DNA from: Pyrodictiaceae archaeon
GTDB taxonomy: Archaea; Thermoproteota; Thermoprotei_A; Sulfolobales; Pyrodictiaceae
Reading direction: 5' to 3'
Assembly: GCA_027036135.1 (NCBI GenBank)
Contig: JALVSY010000007.1
Coordinates: 1,156,880 to 1,220,879, forward strand
Length of the DNA stretch: 64,000 bases
Shown: one piece after another, positions 50,986-59,460 of the stretch
How the letters are laid out: each line of letters opens with the position of its first letter
How positions within the stretch are numbered: position 1 is the first letter of the stretch
Notes under the pieces: model-generated
Databases searched by the model: none
The model's input: the letters and a program-made list of their open reading frames with translations, nothing else
Told to the model about the DNA's origin: nothing
Translations under genes and position numbers: made by a program

Positions 50986-51753
50986 CTACTTACCCTCCTC
51001 CTTAGCCTTCTCTATCACCGTTAGCACCGCCAGGCCTCCACCGATACTGGCATAGATTATCGCGGAGTCGCTAACCATTGCTAGCCTCTGCACAGAGCCC
51101 GTTCCAAGGCTTGTTGAGAGCCCGTTAAGCGCTTTGACACCCTCTATGAATAGCTTGGCTAGCTTCTCTGCCTCCTCGTCCGCGACGCCATCAACCGCTA
51201 CCACTTTGTTCTCCTCAAGGTTCAGTGCAAGGCTGCGAATACTAGCGGCCTCTACCTGGCCCGGGCCAGCATGGGCTAGGCTTAGCAACTTCAATAACTC
51301 CACGAAGATGTCTCCAAGTCTCCCGCCAGGTATCCTTGGCTGAAGAGTGGCTGGGAACATACTGATAATAGTGGTGGCGACCCGGTTAACTGCTCTGCCT
51401 AGTGCTTCTCCTCCGTACTGGTCTATGAGCTTGCCCTCGGCCTCAGCCTCCACGTAGACTCTGCAACGAGGGCCACGGGGAAGAGCGGTGATCACTAGCC
51501 TGCCCTTAGCGTCCCCCCTTAGCTCGTAGACGAGGCTATCACCGGAGCGATTCATCCTTACCTCTACTCGGAGCTTGCCCTTGCGCGGAGACGCAAACGT
51601 AAGCACATATGATTCCTTCTTCTCGCCCTTCTCGATAAGCCTACCCATGCTCTCGAAGTAGAAACCTGGCTCACGCCCAGCCAGGGACCTTAGTACCTGG
51701 TCGCAGTCAGCGTGGACATCGAGTACTACTTCTCGCTTAGCCTTCGCCACCAC
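50986..51753 (-). CDS. SRPBCC/CoxG-like N-terminus plus Roadblock-like C-terminus
   Basis: N-terminal strand-rich helix-grip pattern; C-terminal EKLAKLF...LSTSLGTGSVQRLAMVSD...LTVI typical of Roadblock. Confidence 0.55.
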   Translation of the reverse strand: MVAKAKREVVLDVHADCDQVLRSLAGREPGFYFESMGRLIEKGEKKESYVLTFASPRKGKLRVEVRMNRSGDSLVYELRGDAKGRLVITALPRGPRCRVYVEAEAEGKLIDQYGGEALGRAVNRVATTIISMFPATLQPRIPGGRLGDIFVELLKLLSLAHAGPGQVEAASIRSLALNLEENKVVAVDGVADEEAEKLAKLFIEGVKALNGLSTSLGTGSVQRLAMVSDSAIIYASIGGGLAVLTVIEKAKEEGK

Positions 51754-51804
51754 TTGTTCCCCGCGAGGAGGATATAGGGTTATAGGTGACGCTTAAAACA
51801 CGTA

Positions 51805-51860
51805 GGTTTCTGGGCAGACTTTCCCCCTAAGCAAGAACCAAGAGGCCTTGCCCAGAAACC
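51805..51860. repeat. Perfect 12-bp inverted repeat (GGTTTCTGGGCA / TGCCCAGAAACC), 32-bp spacer, in a divergent promoter
   Basis: Read directly at 51805-51816 and 51849-51860. Confidence 0.75.
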
Positions 51861-51867
51861 CTATGGG

Positions 51868-52710
51868 GTGTCAATTGTGCCCTGGATGGCATGGGTAGCT
51901 ACGTACAATACTGTCCACGGAGAGGACGATATAGGTGTATGGGTTAGCCGTGGCGGAGACTACGGCGCAGCAATGGTGGCAGACGGTGTCTCAGCGACGG
52001 GTGGTGGCGGTGCCTCGTTTCTCGCAGTCTCCTCAATGCTCCTTGCCTGTCGCCTACTATTGCCTCGAGGCCTCTCCTTCGCAACCATGCGTGAGTGCCT
52101 AAGCCGCGTAGACTCTATAGCCCGTGAGACGCTCGTAGAGGATGCTGCTGTTGTAGCTGAGATAAAGAAGCGATACTACTCGGATTGCAGCAAGAACGGG
52201 GAGCCTTGTACACGGCCACTAGGAGTAGACGATGTGATAAAGATAGGGTACATAGAGCCAAGCCAGCGGAGAGGGGAAGGGGCGCCATCATCGACGCTGC
52301 TAGCGGCACTCTTCAGCGGCTCGAATATCGGCTTCCTCCTCCTAGGCGATGGCGTGGTAATGTCGACGGGGGCTACTGCTAGGCGGGAAGAGCTATGGGT
52401 GGCTTGGGGCGCGCTTCCCCAGTTCTACCAAGGAGTAAAGGTCATGAGGTACATAGCTCTGGGCGAGGGCGCCCGGGGACACCCAGTGCTCCTACTATCC
52501 GATAGTGAGCCCGGGAGGGTATACGCAGTTGCCACTGACGGGGTTGACCCAGCAGCGCTGGCAGAGGCTTTGAACGCTATAGCTGATCGGTTGGACAGAA
52601 TGGCGGCAGAGGGCACTAATCCCGCAGCAGAGGTACTTAGACAAGTAAGAGCAAAAGTAGGTAGACTAGAGGATGACGCCTCAGTAGCGCTCGTCTATCA
52701 TGCCCGGTGA
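51868..52710 (+). CDS. PP2C-family protein phosphatase (PphC-like)
   Basis: GEDD, VADGVS, SSTL, LGDG, ATDGV, EDDAS motifs. Confidence 0.88.
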   Translation: MSIVPWMAWVATYNTVHGEDDIGVWVSRGGDYGAAMVADGVSATGGGGASFLAVSSMLLACRLLLPRGLSFATMRECLSRVDSIARETLVEDAAVVAEIKKRYYSDCSKNGEPCTRPLGVDDVIKIGYIEPSQRRGEGAPSSTLLAALFSGSNIGFLLLGDGVVMSTGATARREELWVAWGALPQFYQGVKVMRYIALGEGARGHPVLLLSDSEPGRVYAVATDGVDPAALAEALNAIADRLDRMAAEGTNPAAEVLRQVRAKVGRLEDDASVALVYHAR

Positions 52711-52772
52711 TACCGTATGTATTTATGTATCTAGACAAGGGTTTCGTGAGATAAAAACAGGACGTTATAGAA

Positions 52773-53354
52773 CTATATTGTTACAGCGCTTATATCGTAT
52801 ATTGTTACCGAGACACTTCTATCCTTAAGCGCTGCCTCGAGAACACTCTTAGCCTGAGCCGGGCTTAGAGGAGCACCGAGCTTAGCAGCAGCTATTATTG
52901 TCGCCCCTTTTGAGACGAAGAAGTAGTCGCTAGCCCCTATGTGGAACCGTAGGAGCAGTGTACCGGGCCTCTTAACTATCTTTGCTAGCTCTGCTCTATC
53001 AGCCCTGCCGCGATAGAGTATAGGCGCCTTGAGAACCACCTCAACGATACGGGATATGTCTGAGAGCTTCTGTGATAGATCATTGCTGCATTTGTCCTCG
53101 GACACACCGAGTATCTCTTCCTCCCTAGGCTTGAAGGACTCAACAGTACCGCCAGCCTTTATGCGCAGCAATGCCTTACCAAGTCTCTCGACGCTGTATC
53201 CCCTCCTACGGGCCCATATCTCTATGAGCTTCTCTACGGCCTCGTCAACATTGATTACTGCTTCACCCGTCTTTTTCACGAGGTCCTCTATGCTCCAGTA
53301 GGGTATGAAGCCGCCCATACCTCTTAGATCGAGTACACTAGCGTCCCGGGCCAT
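52773..53354 (-). CDS. TusA/SirA-like N-terminal domain plus PATAN/DUF2226-like domain
   Basis: VLDLRG...IP...WARRRGYSV...LRIK fits the TusA fold but has no Cys; C-terminal half ends VSVTIYDI like the 47309 domains. Confidence 0.5.
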   Translation of the reverse strand: MARDASVLDLRGMGGFIPYWSIEDLVKKTGEAVINVDEAVEKLIEIWARRRGYSVERLGKALLRIKAGGTVESFKPREEEILGVSEDKCSNDLSQKLSDISRIVEVVLKAPILYRGRADRAELAKIVKRPGTLLLRFHIGASDYFFVSKGATIIAAAKLGAPLSPAQAKSVLEAALKDRSVSVTIYDISAVTI

Positions 53355-53360
53355 AGCTCG

Positions 53361-54839
53361 TCACCACTTCGAAAGTGCTTGGAGGAGCTTCGATACCTTC
53401 TCTTTTCCTCTTAGGAGCGGGCCGTGTCTCGGAGCAATAGTTGATACGTCGAGGCTAGTGACTCTCTCGAGCCATTCCCGTAGAGCATTCTTGCCAACGC
53501 TGAACTCTAGGTAGCTCTTAACCATCTCTATGTACTCGTCTAGCTCCTCGACATAGATGCTCCAGAGACCAGGCGGGGAGACCGCGCCGAGGGACTCACC
53601 AGCGAAGAGTATTCGTGAGCGCGGGTCATAGAGGCTCAGAGTAGCTACCCCCCTTACCCTTGAGGGTATGATACTGATCTCTCCCCCGCCGAGCCTTATG
53701 GAGCCAGGCCGGGCTGGGAGCAAGTTAACCTGCCCAGGGTTAGGGAGCAGTGGCGCGAGAAGAGAACCCCAGTAGGAGGAAGCATGGAGCGTGGCATGGC
53801 TAGCCTTCTCTACTAGCTCGTTGAGCGTTACGGCCACGTCTGCCTCGGCTGCCGTGACTACTATGTGGCGCACGTTATCCAGGTCCTGGACAATGTTTCG
53901 AAGAGCACGTATGAACCTAGGCCCACCGCTCGGATCCACTACGAGTGCCTCGTAGCCGGAGACAACTATATAGGTATTAGGCATGAGGCCGCCATAGTCG
54001 GGCTTCGCTACGCCGCCGACCCAGTAGACTCGGTGGTTCTCCTCCACGTAGATGGGCTCGGCCTCGAACAAGTACATCTCAGCGGAGCCGGTAAGGCTCC
54101 AAGCCTTAATCCTCACGCGGTGCTCGGGGGGCCTTGCTGCAAGCGTTATTGCTCTCTGTCCCTCGGCTTTCTCCTCGCCGACCTCTGCGTATATCCCGGT
54201 TATCCTGTTTCCCCTAATCACTAGGCGTAATAGGTAGGAGCCACGGTAATCAGTTACCTCTACGAAGTAGTCGTCGGGGCCTAGTAGCGCTATTACGCGT
54301 TGAGCGGCCTCCAGCACGGTGTTCCGGACAGGTGTGAAGCTATCATAGTAGGCTAGCGTAGCCGTGCTCGGCAGTATAGCTGTTAGTGCAGCCAATTTAT
54401 TGTCATCTGGTGTAAGCTCGATTACTGGCGAGGAACTAGCTATTCTTTCTGCCAGCTTCTCGGCCATGTGCCTTACTATGTTATCAACTATCTTTGCGGC
54501 ACCACCCGCGCCGCCACCACTCACAACTATATGAGCCCCCTCACCAGTGTCGATGACATCTATGGCGAGGATTAGTGAGTCAACGCCCCCCTTGGCGACA
54601 AGTATCTCGGTTTCATCTGTCTCGTAGAGCTTGTACTCCAGCCTAGCCCTCCTATGCCCCATGAATCTAGCCAGCCTAGGCACCTTGACTACCATGTAGT
54701 TCGTGCCTATCTCCTCTATCGGCTCAGCGCCCTTCATTAACTCGATGATATTCACTATCTTCCTCACACTCTCCGGGTCAAGCGGCACAATAATCTTTGC
54801 CGCACCCTTCTCGATACTCATTGTTGGCTTAAGGCTCAT
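53361..54839 (-). CDS. Multidomain protein: SRPBCC-like + PATAN/DUF2226-like + degenerate MBL-fold (ODP/FprA-like) domain
   Basis: C-terminal VYWVG, NTYIV, LVVDP, LYDPRSRILFAG, IAPRHGP; metal motif reads TAAEAD. Confidence 0.72.
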   Translation of the reverse strand: MSLKPTMSIEKGAAKIIVPLDPESVRKIVNIIELMKGAEPIEEIGTNYMVVKVPRLARFMGHRRARLEYKLYETDETEILVAKGGVDSLILAIDVIDTGEGAHIVVSGGGAGGAAKIVDNIVRHMAEKLAERIASSSPVIELTPDDNKLAALTAILPSTATLAYYDSFTPVRNTVLEAAQRVIALLGPDDYFVEVTDYRGSYLLRLVIRGNRITGIYAEVGEEKAEGQRAITLAARPPEHRVRIKAWSLTGSAEMYLFEAEPIYVEENHRVYWVGGVAKPDYGGLMPNTYIVVSGYEALVVDPSGGPRFIRALRNIVQDLDNVRHIVVTAAEADVAVTLNELVEKASHATLHASSYWGSLLAPLLPNPGQVNLLPARPGSIRLGGGEISIIPSRVRGVATLSLYDPRSRILFAGESLGAVSPPGLWSIYVEELDEYIEMVKSYLEFSVGKNALREWLERVTSLDVSTIAPRHGPLLRGKEKVSKLLQALSKW

Positions 54840-55051
54840 TGCCTACTTTACCTCCTCCCCGAGGGGGATAACTCTGTAGCGAAATCCTAAATAGGTGTGC
54901 TTCCCCTGGGCCTGGTAAAGCATACACGGCCCGTAAATAGCCCTTATAGCTATAGGGGTTTGCCTCTGTCCCCTATAAGCCAGCTAGAGGATTACGCCAC
55001 GGCTAGGCTAAAAAAACTAAGCCAGATAAGGCACAGCGAGGTCTATTAATA

Positions 55052-56245
55052 CTACATCCCTGTAGCTGGTATGGGTCCGAGCCCTGTGCTGCCGTGATGC
55101 TGTATTACTACTCCCTCGTCTCTCTTCTCATAGAGCAGCGGGTTCGCTACGGGGTCTCTCACAAGGAATAACGGGGAATCGAGATCAACGTACCGTGTAG
55201 CGCTACTGGTTACTGCTGCGTGGTAGGCCTGGGCTATGCCTAGCCCTGTCTCAGCCATACAGCCCCACATAGCCTCTAGGCCACTGGCCTCCAGTAAAGC
55301 GGCGGCCCTAGCGCCTTGTAACGGGCCACCGATCTTAGCTATCTTTATGTTAACGACGTCGGCAGCCCTTCTCGCAGCGACCCTTGCTACCTCCTCTAGG
55401 CCACGGGCAGACTCGTCAGCCGCCACCGGTGTCTCAACTCTCTCTCTGACAAACGCTAAGTCCTCTAGCCTACCAGCAGGCACTGGTTGCTCAACTAGCT
55501 CGAGGCTATCACCCATCAACTCCTCTAGTCTCCTAACCACGCGCACAGCTTGCTTCGGGCTCCACGCCTGGTTAGCATCAATCCTTATCCTCGCTCGGCC
55601 CTCCGCGGCGTAGTAGACAGTCTCGGCAAGCATTATATCGAGGACTGGGTCACCCGTGCCGAGCTTGACCTTGAGCACGCTGAAGCCATTAATGCTCGGC
55701 AGGGGTATCGGCGGGTTCTCCGGCGCCTTGTCGCGCTTACCCACGAGGTACTCGATGGACTCTATGAACGCGTCCCTGAGAGCACCGCTACCACGCCTTA
55801 TCTCCTCTAGGACATCCTCGCCCGGTATTGAGACCGTGTAATCGGTCACGAGTCTCTCGTGAATAGCGCCGCCAAGAACAGTGTAGGCGGGGACCCCTAG
55901 TAGCTTTGCGACCGCGTCAACTATGGCTGCCTCGAGGCCTGCCCGGGCAGCGCTGAACCCTGGGCCCCCGGAATGGATCACGCGGAGAGCCTTCCCCATG
56001 TCCTCTGGGAGTCTTATCCCGTTGAGGCGGGGTGCAAGCCCCTCCACATAAGCCTTAGCGGCCTCTATGTTCTCACAAGTAACCTTTGGAGCTGGCGCGG
56101 CCTCTCCGAAGCCGATGGTGCCATCACTTAGCTCGACTCCTACAAAGACGCTACGCGTACGCGAGGATGCTGAGTAATGTATCCGAAACACTCCACGAAT
56201 ATCTGCCTCAACAACCCACGCCCTAACCCTGCGGATAACCGGCAA
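55052..56245 (-). CDS. Dipeptide epimerase (L-Ala-D/L-Glu epimerase, enolase superfamily)
   Basis: GFGEAAP, LKVKLG, IDANQ, VEQP, ADES, NIKIAKIGG, GCMAE, DLD. Confidence 0.92.
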   Translation of the reverse strand: MPVIRRVRAWVVEADIRGVFRIHYSASSRTRSVFVGVELSDGTIGFGEAAPAPKVTCENIEAAKAYVEGLAPRLNGIRLPEDMGKALRVIHSGGPGFSAARAGLEAAIVDAVAKLLGVPAYTVLGGAIHERLVTDYTVSIPGEDVLEEIRRGSGALRDAFIESIEYLVGKRDKAPENPPIPLPSINGFSVLKVKLGTGDPVLDIMLAETVYYAAEGRARIRIDANQAWSPKQAVRVVRRLEELMGDSLELVEQPVPAGRLEDLAFVRERVETPVAADESARGLEEVARVAARRAADVVNIKIAKIGGPLQGARAAALLEASGLEAMWGCMAETGLGIAQAYHAAVTSSATRYVDLDSPLFLVRDPVANPLLYEKRDEGVVIQHHGSTGLGPIPATGM

Positions 56246-56410
56246 CGTGCCCGAGCCCTCGCTACTAGGTAATATGCGCCGAGCCAGGCGCGGCCTCACG
56301 TACATAGTGGTCAACACTAGATATAGGAGTGGCGCCAGCCAAGACAAGGAACCAGATACTATCCCGCGCAAGTGATAAGCGGGATGCAGAAGTAGCGGTG
56401 CTAGCGAGTC

Positions 56411-56981
56411 ATGGACGCGCCAAGTAGTATCGATGAGGCAAGGATGATTCTCTACAGTATACTTACCAGGCTCTGCAAGCTCCGCAAAGCAAGTATCATA
56501 GTACTGCCAACGCATAGGGGCTGTAATGCATCGCTGAGGGGCTCCTCTATCCGGCTAGTAATTAGTAGCCTAGAGACAAGAGTCTCCGAGGCATGTCTCA
56601 GCTCACTCATGGAGACAAGCGTCTCGGCGAAGGTAAGGATACTGAACACAGCACTGTCGCTAATCATAGGTGTACTCGGTACACTGATAATAGCTGGCAC
56701 CAAGGCCGGGCTAATAGCGAGTATCGCAGCACTAGTAATCGGGGCGGCGTCGTGGCTTCAGGGGGAGACGGGCCCGGAGAAGAATAGACGAGGTAAACGA
56801 GGCAAGGGAGATAGATGGGATAACATCCAGTCTTTATAATGATGTAGCCGAGCTCCTGGAAGAGATCATCCAGGAAGCCAAGAAAGGGTGCAAGGGGACA
56901 AAGATGCGTATGTTTACGCTACCAAGTAGTTTCCGGAGCCGCTGCGAGCAGTACGCGGCGCGTTACCCCTACCTAGAGTAA
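56411..56981 (+). CDS. Hypothetical membrane protein, probable frameshift near 56770
   Basis: ORF 56411-56839 with 2 TMs; a shifted frame continues IDEVNEAREIDGITSSLYNDVAELLEEII...YPYLE* to 56981. Confidence 0.5.
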
Positions 56982-57051
56982 GGAGAAAAAGACCCGAATT
57001 CTCCTAGACCATGTATCCCACATCATCTCTAGGCGAAGTATTCCCCTAGAG

Positions 57052-58323
57052 CTAGCTCTTCTTTACACGGTATAGTGGCGCGCCATTAACTATTACTCTC
57101 TCAACAAGCCCCATGTCTACTAATTTCTGGAGCTTCCTCCACGCCGTTGATTTGCTTATTCCCAGTCTGCGCGCTACCTCGCTTACTCCCAGGGGGCCCT
57201 CCTTCGATAAGAGATCGAGAATTGCTTTGTCACGATCATCCAGCCCAGAGGAGACCAGGGTCACCTCGGCGGCTGAGCCAGTACCACCGGGAGATGATCC
57301 GTCTACAAGTGCACTTGATCCCGCTGAACCTGTGCGCCGCCTCCCTAGGAGCAATGCTAGTGCCACTATCACTGCTACCGCGATCACCCCGGCTATGATT
57401 GCTCCGGTCTTGCTGCTCTTCTTTACCGGGGTAGTGGTTGTAGCTATGGGAGTTGTAGACGGAGTTGTAGTTGTTGGCGTTGTTGCGGGTGTTTGCGTCA
57501 TGCTTGTTGTTGTCTTGGCTCGGCTCTGAGTAGTCGTCATTGGTGGTGCCGGCTTCTTTGTGGTCGTTGTCATACTTGTTGTCGTCTTCGTGGCTGTTCT
57601 TGAAGTTGTTGTCTTCGTCGTAGTTGTTGTTCTAGTTGTTGTAGTAGTGGTACTCTTTGTGGCCGTCGTAGTACTCGTTGTTGTCTTGGTAGTTGTGGCC
57701 GCTGTACTGGTTGTTGTCCGAGGTGTTGTCGTTGTAGTTGTTGTGGTTGTTGTTGTAGTAGTAGTTTTGGTCGCTGTTGTGGTCGTCGTTGTTTGGGGCG
57801 GCACAAGGTAGACTATATTATAGGTACCGGGGCTATTGTAGCGCAGAACTATCCTATCCGAGACGTAATCAACTACGGCTGTACCGTTGAAGCCCAGTAA
57901 GGCTGCGCCGCGTGGCAGGTAAACAGTTGCTGGGCCAATGGGGTGTATAGTCGCGTTGACAACGTTGTCAGTGACGTTGCCCACTATTGCACTGTACTCT
58001 ATCCAGACTGTCGTAGAGTTAGCAGCATCTATCACCGCCTCTCCGTTCTTCACAGTGAAGTCTAGCGGCGTACCGTTCTCGTTGTAGACTAGGAGGGTGC
58101 TCGTCAAGGCACCCTTTTCGAGTGGGACTGTGAGCACGAGTATACCGTTAGGATTGTAGGCTTTCACTTTTATGGAGGCGTCGCCGTAGGGGCCTAGGCT
58201 ATAGATACAAGTAGTCGTTGTGGCTGCGAGCGAGACGCTAGCCGATAAGAGGGCTAGCAAAAGAGCCATAGTTGCAGCGCCCGCTATTCCCCTCATGGTC
58301 AAGTATCCCACCTCAGCACCCAT
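57052..58323 (-). CDS. Membrane-anchored transcriptional regulator: signal peptide, beta-rich ectodomain, Thr-rich stalk, TM, C-terminal wHTH
   Basis: LDDRDKAILDLL...SEVARRLGISKSTAWRKLQKLVDMGLV; poly-Thr linker. Confidence 0.88.
   Translation of the reverse strand: MGAEVGYLTMRGIAGAATMALLLALLSASVSLAATTTTCIYSLGPYGDASIKVKAYNPNGILVLTVPLEKGALTSTLLVYNENGTPLDFTVKNGEAVIDAANSTTVWIEYSAIVGNVTDNVVNATIHPIGPATVYLPRGAALLGFNGTAVVDYVSDRIVLRYNSPGTYNIVYLVPPQTTTTTTATKTTTTTTTTTTTTTTPRTTTSTAATTTKTTTSTTTATKSTTTTTTRTTTTTKTTTSRTATKTTTSMTTTTKKPAPPMTTTQSRAKTTTSMTQTPATTPTTTTPSTTPIATTTTPVKKSSKTGAIIAGVIAVAVIVALALLLGRRRTGSAGSSALVDGSSPGGTGSAAEVTLVSSGLDDRDKAILDLLSKEGPLGVSEVARRLGISKSTAWRKLQKLVDMGLVERVIVNGAPLYRVKKS
57420..57795 (-). 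repeat. Low-complexity ACN-codon (poly-Thr) tract
   Basis: GTT/GTC/GTA triplet repeats on the + strand, inside the CDS. Confidence 0.85.
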
Positions 58324-58465
58324 AGTGAATTATTACAGCAGCGCTAGGGTCTTAGCAACCCCCGCGTATCATTAATGGCTACCACTCAAGCTCTATTTAA
58401 ACATAGGCCTAGACGCAAACGGCTTAGAAAGCAAGATATAACTAGGGCTCCTTATCCAGGGAGGG

Positions 58466-58987
58466 GTGTTATCTATGCTGGTAGGCATTGTAAGCGATAC
58501 ACACGATGACCTTGAGGCTGTTAGGCGGGCAGCGAGGTTATTCGCCGAGAAGGGGGCTAGTCTTGTGCTCCACCTTGGCGACATTGTTGCGCCCTTCACG
58601 CTTAGGGCGTTCCGCGATAATGGCGTTGGGCGCCTCGTAGCAGTCTATGGTAATAATTGTGGGGAGCGTCTAGGCCTACGAGAGACTGCTAGCAGGCTTG
58701 GCTACGAGATACATGAGTGGCCTCACCTCGTAGGGCTGGAGGGGAAGCGTTTCCTCTTGATACACGGCGTGGGCCCCGTGGAGAAGACGAGGATGCTTGT
58801 GGATTCTCTCGCTAAGAGCGGTGACTACGACGCAGTACTCTATGGACATACCCATATAGTTGATAACCGGAGAGTAGGTGGCACACTTGTACTTAATCCT
58901 GGCGAGGCCTGTGGCTGCCTAAGCGGGAAGAGGACAGTTGCAATAATCGATACGGAGACGATGAAGGCCGAGATAATCGAGATCTAG
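58466..58987 (+). CDS. Metallophosphoesterase (YfcE/MJ0936 family)
   Basis: SDTH, HLGD, GNNC, HG, GHTH, NPGE. Confidence 0.93.
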   Translation: MLSMLVGIVSDTHDDLEAVRRAARLFAEKGASLVLHLGDIVAPFTLRAFRDNGVGRLVAVYGNNCGERLGLRETASRLGYEIHEWPHLVGLEGKRFLLIHGVGPVEKTRMLVDSLAKSGDYDAVLYGHTHIVDNRRVGGTLVLNPGEACGCLSGKRTVAIIDTETMKAEIIEI

Positions 58988-59027
58988 TGCAGAAGGAGAT
59001 AATGGTCATCTAGCTGGTAAGAGGGCC

Positions 59028-59381
59028 TTGGGCTGCAAGAAGCCACTGAGAATAACCATATTGATTGAGGGCCGCGAATACGTTACCAATAGTGTTTTTC
59101 ACCCACGTGGCTGCATGGGAGCCCGTCAGAGCCACCTAGACCTGGAGCCTCTGTCAGGTACCTGGCTGTGGAGCATCGCGCTGCACCGTGGTTATAGGCT
59201 TAGATGCAGGCCTAGGAATGGCTGCATATCCTTGGAGGAGCCCTTGCTGGGCCTAGAGGCTAGGCTCTGTCCCCTAGGAGGGCATCGTCTCCGCTGCAGA
59301 GGCGAGGTATACGTAATGGTTACCCGTGGTCACCGCCTCTACGTGGGCCCAGTGGAGGTAGCGTGGGCCGGGGAGCATTAA
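59028..59381 (+). CDS. Hypothetical protein
   Basis: 117 aa ORF filling the gap between co-oriented genes; start possibly ATG 59116. Confidence 0.5.
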   Translation: MGCKKPLRITILIEGREYVTNSVFHPRGCMGARQSHLDLEPLSGTWLWSIALHRGYRLRCRPRNGCISLEEPLLGLEARLCPLGGHRLRCRGEVYVMVTRGHRLYVGPVEVAWAGEH

Positions 59382-59460
59382 TAGCTACGCTCTGCACCTC
59401 TTCTCCCGAGTATCTCTCGTAGCTCGTCTATAACGAGTATCGCCTAGGGTGTAACCTGTC

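Noticed and set aside
57560-57811. Poly-Val (+) and Gln/Arg-rich (-) ORFs; possible tandem repeat array
   Set aside because: Shadows of the poly-Thr linker of the 57052-58323 gene; no repeat-spacer structure.
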